From Macrostomum hystrix (lineage: Eukaryota; Animalia; Platyhelminthes): DNA of 64,000 nt. The position numbers and the translations under genes are program-made. Positions 25,706-35,612 of this stretch are shown here, piece after piece. Each line of letters begins with the position of its first letter. Position 1 is the stretch's first letter. The notes beneath the pieces are model-generated. The model ran no database searches, was not told the DNA's origin, and saw nothing but the letters and a program-made list of their open reading frames with translations. Location: NCBI GenBank assembly GCA_950097015.1, contig CATNEN010000002.1:4402001-4466000 (forward strand), given 5' to 3'.

Positions 25706-26685
25706 TAATTAGCAACAATAGCACTAGCAGCAGCAGCAGCAGCGGTAGCAACCAGTAGCAGCTGAGGGATCAGCAGCAGCACAAGCAGCACCAGCCCGGG
25801 TCATGGTCACTGCTGGATAAGTGGCGTAAGAACGAAAGCGTCCTAAATTGTTGCTGGTGGAGGGTCCTGCGACTGACCAGGCGCTACCACCTTTGCTCAC
25901 TGGCCGGCTCACGCCCCCGGCATGGCCGCGTCCGGTTCTCTGGTTGGTACGTCTGAGATGACGTCAGCGTTGACTAGCTCCGGGGAGGATGATATACTAT
26001 GGCTTGTGCTGGCAGCAACTACCCCCTCCGGTGTCCGGGATGATGCGTGGCTCACTCGCCTTGTCGGACGGCCTGGCCTATGCCCGCCTGGTGTGCTAGC
26101 CTATTGGGGTAGGGCTAAAAGAAAGCAAAGCAAAGAAAGCAGCAGCAGCAGCAGTAGTCGTCGGTCACCATCGCTACTGGCAGCCGGCGTCTCGCGCGAC
26201 TCATCGACGGGACCAATCGCCGGGAGTGAGTGGGTAAGCGGCTAGTGTCGCTGCCTCACTTTCCAATGGTCGCTGGTTCGTTCCTCCCTCCAAGTCACGA
26301 TTATTTCGGGCTTAGTTGGAGGTTTGCGAAGTAGTGACTTGCGGAGATGCACCTTATTCTGTGAAACCAAAGCTAATTAAAAAATAGCTTAACCCCTACC
26401 TTCTGCATGTCTGCTTGTTTTTGTTTGCGTTATGTGCGTTGCACCGAGTGTGAGGCATTGTATGGGGAGTTGGGCGTGTGTGCACCGGCCATGCGTGCTC
26501 TGAGCGGCGAAGTTTTACGAGCCGTCTGCGTGCGTGGCTTGGTCCTCTCGTCCCTACCCTTCAGGCATCTTAAGTTCTCCCCTGGTTTGGTCTGCTCTGT
26601 GCGTGTGCGGGCCTGGGGTGAGAGGCATTCCGGCTGCCGCCCCCTTCCCCGCTTGGCTTGCTGCTGTGTGTGAGGTGCCTGAGTC

Positions 26686-26913
26686 GCTCGCACCGGCGGG
26701 ACACAATGCCTGTGTGGTATGAGTCAGACCAGGCCTACGGGCTAAGGTCTGCGATGCCTCACACCTGCAGTCGTTTTTTGAGCAGGCCTGGCAGGAAGGA
26801 GCCCTGTACCTCCGGGTGCAGGGATCCCTCCACGCTGTCCCGTCAGCTGACCCATGGGTACACGTCCCGCGAGTGTTCAAGGCTGACCCTAGGGCAGCCG
26901 GACAGAATGGGCA
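26686..26913 (+). ncRNA. HDV-like self-cleaving ribozyme (predicted) at the LINE 5' terminus
   Basis: P1 GCTCGC(26686-91)/GCGAGT(26869-74) with a G1.U wobble; P2 CCCAT(26851-55)/ATGGG(26907-11); P3 GGG(26856-58)/CCC(26866-68); L3 TACACGT; P1.1 AC(26860-61)/GT(26875-76); P4 hairpin 26877-26902; J4/2 CAGA with putative catalytic C26903. G1 is the first base after the TSD. Confidence 0.85.
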
Positions 26914-26954
26914 ACAGCGCTGGATGACCCATCCAGGGCCTCTGGCCAAACTGG

Positions 26955-27607
26955 GTACCTCTAGCCCTGGCTGGAGGGAAAGGTGTCACCCTTTGACCTT
27001 AACAGGGTATGCGGCGAGTCCGCAGCTTTCGTGCACCTGTGCGTGATCAGGTACCTCTGGCTACGGCTCTGAGGGAGAGGTGTTACCCTTTGACCTTGAC
27101 AGGGTATGCGGCCAGTCCGCAGCGTCTCGCGCACCTGTGCGTGATCAGGTACCTCTGGCTACGGCTCTGAGGGAGAGGTGTTACCCTTTGACCTTGACAG
27201 GGTATGCGGCCAGTCCGCAGCGTCTCGCGCACCTGTGCGTGATCAGGTACCTCTGGCTACGGCTCTGAGGGAAAGGTGTCACCCTTTGACCTTAACAGGG
27301 TATGCGGCCAGTCCGCAGTTTTCGTGCACCTGTGCGTGATCAGGTGCCTCTGGCTACGGCTCTGAGGGAAAGGTGTCACCCTTTGACCTTAACAGGGTAT
27401 GCGGCCAGTCCGCAGCGTCTCGCGCACCTGTGCGTGATCAGGTACCTCTGGCTACGGCTCTGAGGGAAGGGTGTCACCCTTTGACCTTAACAGGGTATGC
27501 GGCCAGTCCGCAGCGCTCGTGCACCTGTGCGTGATCAGGTACCTCTGGCTACGGCTCTGAGGGACAGGTGTCACCCTTCGACCTCAACAGGGTACGCAGC
27601 CAGTCTG
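26955..27607 (+). repeat. Tandem array of 97-98-bp monomers in the LINE 5' UTR
   Basis: GAGGGA.AGGTG marks unit starts at 26974, 27071, 27169, 27267, 27364, 27462 and 27559; the copies are near-identical. Confidence 0.96.
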
Positions 27608-27742
27608 CGGGCCTGGCACTGCTTTAGGTGTCCTCTTATGCCTAAGGTCTCACCGCGCTGAGGGGCTGAAAGGTCCGGGGAGTCTATCCGGCCATTAGCG
27701 GTTTTTATTTTTATTCTCTTCTTTCTCTTTTTCCAGCGACCT

Positions 27743-29230
27743 ATGGAGTCCCACTACAGCTCCAGCACGTCCCAGGACCCTGCTGAAACGCCGACCCCGG
27801 CCGGCGACGCAGATCCTCAGGACCAGCGCCAGGGCGACACCGGTTCCACCGGCGCCCAAAATTCATCCTGCTCCTCCGCCACTCAGGAAAACACCAGAGC
27901 GGCTGGATCAAAGAGCAAACGCTCCCCTTCCACGCAAGCCCGCAGCCTCGCCCGCCTCCAGGAATTCCGGCGGCGAAAACAGGAAGTACGGTTGGCTGCG
28001 AAATCCGCGCCAACCACCGCCCCCGAGGAGGGGGCCGGCAACTCTGCGAACATCGCGGAGGAACCGGCACCCAACAAGGAGGCGGACTCCTCGCGCCGTC
28101 CGGGAAATCCGGAAGCGCGGAAAAGTGCCGCCCAGGCCTCTGGGGCATCCGGTTCCTCTCGCGGCGGAACCTCTCACAGTCATCCGGAAACTCCGACGAC
28201 TGCTGGGGGGCCCGTTGCGGGAGGCGCCGGCCAAACCACAAGGCCAAAGCGCACTTACGCTGCTATGGCAAAGAGGCAGCCGGCCTTGGTTATCCGAGGC
28301 CAGGAGACGCCCCTCACAACAGCGCAACTCGACCAGATCTGGCGCAGATTGGACTCCCATCTGGTCAAACTGGCACTGAGCGGCACTGTACTGCACGTCC
28401 TGAAGACCGACATCCAGGACCAAGCCCTCATTGTCCAGCCTGCCGACAACCAGTCCGGACAGCAACTCCTCGAGATGCTGAAATCCTTCGACTGGGGCAC
28501 GGAAATGGGCAACCTGTTTATCTACAGGGAGGACGAGCGCCCCCAGACACACCGTCATCGTGTTTGGATTCCAGCTCGCAGCGCCATCACCAACGCCGGA
28601 GAACTGCGCCGCCTGCTGTTGGCAATCCACCCGGATCTGCCAGCAAACGGTGTCGTGGTTCATGAAACCATCACCAGACCTGGTGGAGACGGTTTCACGG
28701 CCATCCTAGGATTGTCGGACAGCTGGATGCTCCGCTGCCCAGACATGTCCTACATCAGTGCAGGCCTCACTCGAATGCAGATTTTCAGCTTCGAGTCCGA
28801 CGCCACTCGCCCGCCGCCCCCGGAAAAGCGGAAACGGACGAACCAGAGCTCTGCCGGGCCCCTGCGCCCTGGAACACAGACTCCTGATCGTCACGACCAC
28901 TCCGAGGATGCGGACCCTATCAGGGGCAAAGCCGCGCGAGCCGCAACGACAGGCGGACGTGGTAAGGGCCGGAAACCCGCCCGCAACACCATCCGTGCTG
29001 GCTTGACTCAGCGCGCCAGACAGCTGTCGGACCCCAACAGTGGACGCCACCGCAGCACCACCCGGCCCAATGTTTCATCGGAACCCCCAGCGGAAAACCG
29101 GGTTGAGGACACGGACGCCGCTGTTGCGGCAGCCCCGGCCTCAACTCTGGATCCGATTCAGGAGGAACCGATGGAGCTCGGGCAAAACACCGGCGAGGAC
29201 GAGGAATCGCTCCTGAACAACTCGCCGTAG
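27743..29230 (+). CDS. LINE ORF1 protein (495 aa)
   Basis: Intact ORF with disordered ends and a central globular region. HRVWIP...LLAIHPDL...AILGL...YISAGL resembles the DUF4780-type ORF1 domain of LOA-like elements (recognised by eye, not searched). Confidence 0.88.
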   Translation: MESHYSSSTSQDPAETPTPAGDADPQDQRQGDTGSTGAQNSSCSSATQENTRAAGSKSKRSPSTQARSLARLQEFRRRKQEVRLAAKSAPTTAPEEGAGNSANIAEEPAPNKEADSSRRPGNPEARKSAAQASGASGSSRGGTSHSHPETPTTAGGPVAGGAGQTTRPKRTYAAMAKRQPALVIRGQETPLTTAQLDQIWRRLDSHLVKLALSGTVLHVLKTDIQDQALIVQPADNQSGQQLLEMLKSFDWGTEMGNLFIYREDERPQTHRHRVWIPARSAITNAGELRRLLLAIHPDLPANGVVVHETITRPGGDGFTAILGLSDSWMLRCPDMSYISAGLTRMQIFSFESDATRPPPPEKRKRTNQSSAGPLRPGTQTPDRHDHSEDADPIRGKAARAATTGGRGKGRKPARNTIRAGLTQRARQLSDPNSGRHRSTTRPNVSSEPPAENRVEDTDAAVAAAPASTLDPIQEEPMELGQNTGEDEESLLNNSP

Positions 29231-29265
29231 GCCAGCAGATAGCCGCACGGACCGCCCCTCCTGGG

Positions 29266-32200
29266 GTGAGCTTCCTGCAGCTGAACCTGCACCACTGCAT
29301 CGCGGCCTCGACCAACCTGGCGCGTGTGGTGGACTTCGAAAAACCGGGCATCATCCTCCTCCAAGAGCCCTGGACGAAGAAAGGTAAGATTCCGAACATT
29401 CCTGCTGGTTTTGACTGTTTTTTCATGTCCCAAAACCCCAGGGCTGCTGTGTTCGCGACTACCGATCTTAAAGCTTGGTATAGACCAGACCTCTCTGACA
29501 AAGACCTCTGTGTCATCCAAACCAACCACATTCTCCCGAACCGCACCGTCATCATCGCCTCTATATACATTCCTGGTGACGGTCCTGCGGTTCCGCCCAG
29601 TCTCACTTCCCTCGTGGACTACTGCTCAGACCGCGACTTTGAGCTGCTGGTGGCAGGCGACATTAATGCCCACCACACCCACTGGGGCAGTGTTACCTCC
29701 AACTGCAGAGGCGAGGATCTCCTTGCCTACATCTGCACCACAAATATTGAGTTCTGCAACTCGGGTGGCACACCCACCTTTGACAATGGACGATGGACGG
29801 AGGTCCTTGACGCCACCCTCGCCTCTCAGGGCCTGATCCCTCTGATTAGGAACTGGCAGGTGTGGGACGAAGAGGAATCTCTGTCTGACCATCGCTTCAT
29901 TCGTTTCCGGTTGCTAAGCTCCTACTCCAAGCCTGGTATTCTGTGGAGAAGGAACGCCCGGAATACTGACTGGACGGCCTTTGCGGAATCCGTGAAGCGC
30001 CAGACCAACCAGTTAGAATCCGTTGTTCCTGCCACCTGTCAAGAAGTGGACGATCTGGCTGATCTACTCAGCATGACCATCTTGACAGCTCATGAAACCT
30101 CTTGCCCTCTTAAAGCCTACAAAGGCAAAAAATCCGCTCCCTGGTGGAACCCAGCGCTTGGAACCCTCCGGCGAAAGGCCAAATCCCTCCAGCGGATTGC
30201 GCGGAAAAGCAAGGACCCAGCTGACCTGACCGCCTACCAGAATGCGATTCGTGACTTTAAGCGTGACACCAGGAAAGCGAAGTCCGAAAAGTGGCGCCAA
30301 TACTGCTCCGAGCTGGAGGGCGCCCGCCCAACTTCTCGCGTTGTAAAAGCGCTCACTCTTGACAAAATGTCGAAGCTCTCAGTGATCAAAAGACCGGACG
30401 GCCGGCTTGCTGAGAATCCTGGCGAATCGCTGGACATCATGCTCGCCAGCGCCTTCCCCCAGACTGCGCCGCTTCAGGACCCGCCGGACCACACTCCGGG
30501 TGGACACATCCTTGCGACAACTATTATCACTAGAGAACGGACAGCTCGCGCTGCTAACTCCTTCTCGCCTTTTAAGTCGCCTGGACCTGACAACATTTAC
30601 CCCGCCTTCCTACATGAAGCGGTAAAAAATGACAGGTTCCTCGGCCTCCTTTGCAACCTGTTCAAGGCCTGTATCACCCTCGGGTACGTACCCAGGTCTT
30701 GGCAGGAAGCCACTATCGTCTTCATCCCCAAACCTGGGAAGGGAGACTACCACTCCGCCAAAGCCTTCCGCCCCATCAGCTTAACATCTTTCTTTCTTAA
30801 GCTGCTTGAAAGGCTTGTTCTTTGGCGCCTCCTTCACGTTGAGCTGAGGAACTCCCCGCTCTCCGCCAACCAGCACGCCTTTCGATCCGGACGTTCCATC
30901 GAAAGTGCTCTGCATGCCATTGTCGACAAGCTGGAGCGCGCCGTGCTTGGCACCGGTTTTGCTCTCTCGCTTTTCCTCGACATTGATGGTGCCTTCGACA
31001 ATGTGCTCTTCGGAGCCTTTAGGCGAGCCCTGGAACGCCGGGCTACGCACGAGCACCTCACCCGCTGGATCATGTATATGATCTCTCACCGAACTGCCAC
31101 CTCGCACCTGCTTGGACACTCCCGTTCTGTGAATGTCCAGAAGGGAGGCCCGCAGGGTGGCGTTCTCAGTCCGATCCTTTGGAACCTTGTCATGGACGAA
31201 CTGCTCTGCAGCCCTGACCCGGACCCGGTCCAAAAAATCGGCTATGCTGACGACGTCACCGCCACCGTGGCCGGACCGTCTCCCCCGGTCCTTAGAGACC
31301 TTCTGCAAGCTTTCATCCACCGTGCCGAACGCTGGGCCAATGGCTGCGGCCTCAAACTCTCTGAGTCCAAGACCGTCGCCATTATGTTCACCAGCAAACG
31401 AAACTGGAGGATTGAGCCTCTCCTTCTCTATAACAAACCAATCGCCATGGAGAAGCAAACCAGATGCTTAGGTGTCATCCTCGACCACAGGTTGAGCTGG
31501 ACACCTCACGTCAAATTCAAAACCCGTAAAGCTCTTGCGACGCTCGCGCAGATTCGCAGAGCCTTCGGCGCCACCTGGGGCCTCACCCCCCGCCGTCTCT
31601 GGTGGATTTACACTACCATTGTAAGACCGGCCATCTCTTTTGCCGGCTTCATCTGGAATAGTGCCCTGGAGACCAAAGGGGTCCTGGAGGCCCTAAACAA
31701 GGTGCAGGGCCGTGCTTGTCGAGCCTTCATGAGTGCGGCACCCTCCACTCCCTTCGCTAGCATGAATGCCTTCCTGGACCTTCCCCCTTTAGATCTTTTT
31801 ATCAAGGGGGAGGCGATGAAGACGGCTCGTCGTCTTCTGGACGCGGGTATCTCCATCCGGAAGCAACTTGCCTTCAGCAAGCGGAACCTCCAGGCCCATG
31901 GCGACCTCAGCCTACGGGACCTGGACGCAGCAGGAGGTCTCAAAATTCTCTCCGACGGAATCCCGTCGACGCTGTGCCCACCGCAAAAATTCAAAACCAG
32001 CATTCCGCCTCGCCAGGAAGTACGTGACCACGGCCAACCCCGTGAAATTCACTGCTTCACCGACGGATCGCAAATCAACTCGGTCTCTGGTTTCGGCTAC
32101 TGCATTATGTCCGGAGGGAAAACTGTGGCGACCTTCTCCCAGCACACCGGCATAAACTCTACTGTTTTCCAGAACGAAGTTCTGGCCATCAGCTCCTGCG

Positions 32201-32970
32201 CCCTGGAGCTGATCTACCAAAACGTCCATGGAGCAGAAATCTTCCTCCACTCGGACAGCCAGGCGGCGATCCATGCCCTTGGACGCACGCACACCTGCTC
32301 GCGCACAGTCCTTGACTGCGTCGCGCAACTCAACCGCTTAGGGACCCACAACAAGGTGTCCCTAAGGTGGATTCCAGGGCACTCTGGCCACCCTGGTAAC
32401 GAATTGGCCGACAGCCTCGCCAAGGCCGGTTCGACGGGTTCGCTTTTTGGCCCCGTGCCTGCGGTCTCCACCCCTACCGCCGTCGTCAACACTCGGATTA
32501 ACCAGTGGGTGACCTCAAAGCACAAGGACAGATGGATCAATACCGCCGATTGTCGGCAGTCTCGCGCTGCTGTCCCTTGTCCCTCCACTGCCCTTCGCAA
32601 AGCCTTGCTTGGACTGAACCGCAAGGACATCAGGGCAGTCACCATGGCCCTCTCTGGCCATGGCTGTTTCGCCAGGCACCGCTTCCTGCAAGGCAAAATC
32701 CGCAGTGAGGAATGCCCCTTCTGCCTCTCCTATGTTGAGGATGCAGAGCATTTTATTTGCGACTGCCCCGCCTTCACTCAGGACCGGCTCACCTATCTCG
32801 GCCCAAACCCGGATCTCCCCGACGTTTTCAGGCCTGAGAACATCTGCCAGCTCGTCCGATACCTGAGGGCCACCGGGCGAGCAACCCTCCACCTCCTGGA
32901 CACTCCGGAGGAGGACCGCGCTGCGGACGCCGGCACCACCGGATCCCCCTGCGCGACACCGCAGCTCTAG
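29266..32970 (+). CDS. LINE ORF2: AP endonuclease, reverse transcriptase, RNase H, zinc knuckle
   Basis: APE motifs QLNLHH, LLQEPW, GDINAHH, LDATL, SDH; RT motifs [30 protein letters not shown]; RNase [25 protein letters not shown]; CPFC...[10 protein letters not shown]. Confidence 0.97.
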   Translation: MSFLQLNLHHCIAASTNLARVVDFEKPGIILLQEPWTKKGKIPNIPAGFDCFFMSQNPRAAVFATTDLKAWYRPDLSDKDLCVIQTNHILPNRTVIIASIYIPGDGPAVPPSLTSLVDYCSDRDFELLVAGDINAHHTHWGSVTSNCRGEDLLAYICTTNIEFCNSGGTPTFDNGRWTEVLDATLASQGLIPLIRNWQVWDEEESLSDHRFIRFRLLSSYSKPGILWRRNARNTDWTAFAESVKRQTNQLESVVPATCQEVDDLADLLSMTILTAHETSCPLKAYKGKKSAPWWNPALGTLRRKAKSLQRIARKSKDPADLTAYQNAIRDFKRDTRKAKSEKWRQYCSELEGARPTSRVVKALTLDKMSKLSVIKRPDGRLAENPGESLDIMLASAFPQTAPLQDPPDHTPGGHILATTIITRERTARAANSFSPFKSPGPDNIYPAFLHEAVKNDRFLGLLCNLFKACITLGYVPRSWQEATIVFIPKPGKGDYHSAKAFRPISLTSFFLKLLERLVLWRLLHVELRNSPLSANQHAFRSGRSIESALHAIVDKLERAVLGTGFALSLFLDIDGAFDNVLFGAFRRALERRATHEHLTRWIMYMISHRTATSHLLGHSRSVNVQKGGPQGGVLSPILWNLVMDELLCSPDPDPVQKIGYADDVTATVAGPSPPVLRDLLQAFIHRAERWANGCGLKLSESKTVAIMFTSKRNWRIEPLLLYNKPIAMEKQTRCLGVILDHRLSWTPHVKFKTRKALATLAQIRRAFGATWGLTPRRLWWIYTTIVRPAISFAGFIWNSALETKGVLEALNKVQGRACRAFMSAAPSTPFASMNAFLDLPPLDLFIKGEAMKTARRLLDAGISIRKQLAFSKRNLQAHGDLSLRDLDAAGGLKILSDGIPSTLCPPQKFKTSIPPRQEVRDHGQPREIHCFTDGSQINSVSGFGYCIMSGGKTVATFSQHTGINSTVFQNEVLAISSCALELIYQNVHGAEIFLHSDSQAAIHALGRTHTCSRTVLDCVAQLNRLGTHNKVSLRWIPGHSGHPGNELADSLAKAGSTGSLFGPVPAVSTPTAVVNTRINQWVTSKHKDRWINTADCRQSRAAVPCPSTALRKALLGLNRKDIRAVTMALSGHGCFARHRFLQGKIRSEECPFCLSYVEDAEHFICDCPAFTQDRLTYLGPNPDLPDVFRPENICQLVRYLRATGRATLHLLDTPEEDRAADAGTTGSPCATPQL

Positions 32971-33186
32971 TTGCCCGTGGTCGCCAGGGGCTAGCGGAAT
33001 GGGCGGCAACGCCTCCCCGCTGCATCCGGAAGATGCCCCCTGCAGCTAAGTCAAGTCAAGAGGTGCCTGAGTCCAGGGGTCTAGATGGCGCGATGGGCGA
33101 CTCCCGCCTAGTTCGCCGGCCTGGGGGCATGCCGTTCCTGCGCTTGTGCGTCAAGTGCCCCAGGCCCCCCTGCAATTAATAAAAAA

Positions 33187-33552
33187 TAGGGACCAATGGC
33201 CGCGCTGTCGACATCAACGCTGTTACTCTCCCAGACACAATCCGCATCACAGTCGTCTTCCTGGCAACGAGCTCGCCGACACCGCCGCCAGAGAAGCAGC
33301 CCAACTGCGCGATGCCGACTCACCACGTGTCGTCGCCTTCGGGCTCGTCGCTGATTACTCGTCGTTCTAACTCGTTTTCGAAGGAAACCATTGAATACTG
33401 GCTGCTGGAGTTCCCTGCTCTTGACGCCCTCCGACTCCAGTTTTCTCGGCTAGGCGTCCATCGACCTCGCTGTCCTCTCCACTGACCGTCGCGCTGGCTA
33501 GACGCACTCTGAAGTGCATTACACACACACACACACACACACACTCACACAC
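33187..33552 (+). pseudogene. Degenerate, internally deleted 3' remnant of an RNaseH-bearing LINE with (CA)n tail
   Basis: Broken frames give LPGNELADTAAREAA, ETIEYWLLEFPALDALR and VALARRTL, homologous to the C-terminus of the 9931-12654 ORF. (CA)n at about 33521-33552. Confidence 0.7.
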
Positions 33553-35612
33553 ATTCGTGAACACAGACCTAGACTCAGACTCTGTAAAACAAATCTAGCC
33601 TTTTTGTTACTTTTCACGCTTCTGGGAGGAAATTCAGAGAACTACTGATACCTCTGGGGCTGTGGCGCGATGTGGCGTTGATGAAATCAACTTGCTTTTT
33701 TTGCTTTAGACTAGCCGAGGTTTAAACTTTTTGAATATCGAATAATACTGTACGCTTGTATCTGTGTGTAGTCAGAAGCGCGGTAAGGTCTATATTGCAG
33801 CCATGCAGCTCACATCGATGGCAAAAGGACAAATGTAAAAAGCCAATAAATTCGACACAGGCAATTTTGCACATCCACAACTTCAATGCAAAATTAAACT
33901 AATGGAATTGTTCAAATCTACAGTCACATATTAAGTATGTGAATTACAGTGCTATCATCCGCATTATATAGTCATAAATGATATAATAAATTACTAACTA
34001 CATTACAAGCAGACATAGTGATGTTAACTAGACTTGAACCCTGCAAGCAGTCGTTTTCGTCGATTTTTTTAATAAAATAAACTGAATTACCTCACGCCTG
34101 CGACTGGGGGTGGACAGACTTCTTGACAAGCAGCACAAATTAAATTCGAACAAGCGTTCAACGGCTTTTCACTTTCTTTGAAAGAGAATTTTCTGCTTGG
34201 CATCCGGTCGGTCGGTGGTGACTCCCCTCTTTATCAGTTGCACTGCATCTCTTGAGAATTTCTCTTCCAGTTCTTGACAGCCTTGACAGCGAATTCGGGG
34301 TGGTCGTACGGGCGTCCCAGTAGCAACCCTGCAAACTTCTTGTGCTAGAGAAAAAATGTGGCATGATAAAAAACTTAGTTATCTTCGTGCTCGCATCTGT
34401 CAATATTGTGCAGACTTTCCGTTCGAATCCCAATTCGCCAGTGCATCCATGGGATATTGCGTGGGACTAGAACCTTCTGGCCTTCGTTAGCCTTCCCAGC
34501 AGGGGATTCTGACTTCGAACCATCCCAACAATGCGAATTATCGCTCTCTGGTCAACTCAGTTTCAAAGCTAGATATAGTAGCTTTTCGAGTTTTGAAATT
34601 GGATTCGGTTAGTTTGAAATTCAATTTGCACCAGCCATTCATCTTAGTCTTTCAATTTCCTTGTGGCATTATTTGCTTAATTCATGTCAAAAACACATCA
34701 GTTTTCAAGTTTTGATTACATCCTCGTATTTGGTAGTAATTGGACCCAGAAATGGGCTAAACATCTACTGATCAACTTTAAATAAATAAAAAAATTAATG
34801 TCGAAGTGGTAATAGCTCGTAAAAGTTTAATTCGTTTATAAATTAAATATATATTTTTGTAACTGAAACTTAAAATCGTTGCTTTAGCTATGATTAATTC
34901 ATTCTAAAAAATTGTGTCCTGCAAAATACGATCTTACTACTCATTTGTTGTTATTGCAGTAGTATGGCTCTGTTCTACTTACTTCAGTATTTCTGTTATT
35001 TGCCTAAATAGTGCAGGTAGTCAACTTGGGTGTGAGTGTGTGTGCGTGTGTGCAGTGTACACTGCCCTTTTTGAGTCCAGCACATTTATGATAGAATGAA
35101 AGCATAAAGAGAGATTGCAGAGGACTAGACAGGAATAAACAAATGGAAGAGTGAGGCACGTTGAACGCCAATGCCTTCTCATCTCTAAGCGCTGTGCTCA
35201 AGTCCTTTTGAATCACCCACATACCCACTGCTGCCCCCTTGAGCTTATTAACTTATTATTCAGCCTCTCAAATGGCCCAGTAGACAGAAAAGGACAATGC
35301 TGCTGCTGAAGAGGTTAGGAAGCAGGCCGCTTCAGTGGAGACGCCATTTTCCATGCGTCTTGTCTGCCTCTCATTCTCTCCCTCTCCGATGTTGGCCTCA
35401 TAAACCCTGTTAAAACAACCTCCCCCTCAACTCCGCGCCCCAACTGCATGGCAACCAAAGCTTGAGTTGTGAAGGCAGGAAAAAGCAATCACAGAGAAGC
35501 TTGGGGACCCACCTGGATTGAGAATACCGGCCGATTGAGGCTCATTTTTAGCGAACTCGAGCTCTGTTAAAGAGATCTAATTCAAAAGCCCGAGCGGGGT
35601 CAATCTGGCATC

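Larger units (their letters stand above)
26686..33059 (+). mobile_element. Full-length intact non-LTR retrotransposon (LOA/R1-group-like: ORF1 + APE-RT-RNaseH ORF2)
   Basis: Perfect 14-bp TSD GAGGTGCCTGAGTC at 26672-26685 and 33060-33073. Two uninterrupted ORFs, a 1.06-kb 5' UTR, a short structured 3' UTR and an AAGTC-repeat tail. Confidence 0.96.

Noticed and set aside
26400-26685. Minus-strand exon apparently split by the LINE (acceptor near 33165, donor near 26400)
   Set aside because: The reconstructed empty site has stops in all three frames; its identity is unresolved.
26955-27607. CRISPR-like or ribozyme (hammerhead/twister) reading of the 98-bp repeats
   Set aside because: There are no unique spacers and the context is eukaryotic. 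No CUGANGA/GAAA core is present, and the twister pseudoknots could not be built.
34158-34612. Possible DNA transposase remnant
   Set aside because: No recognisable catalytic motif or terminal repeats.
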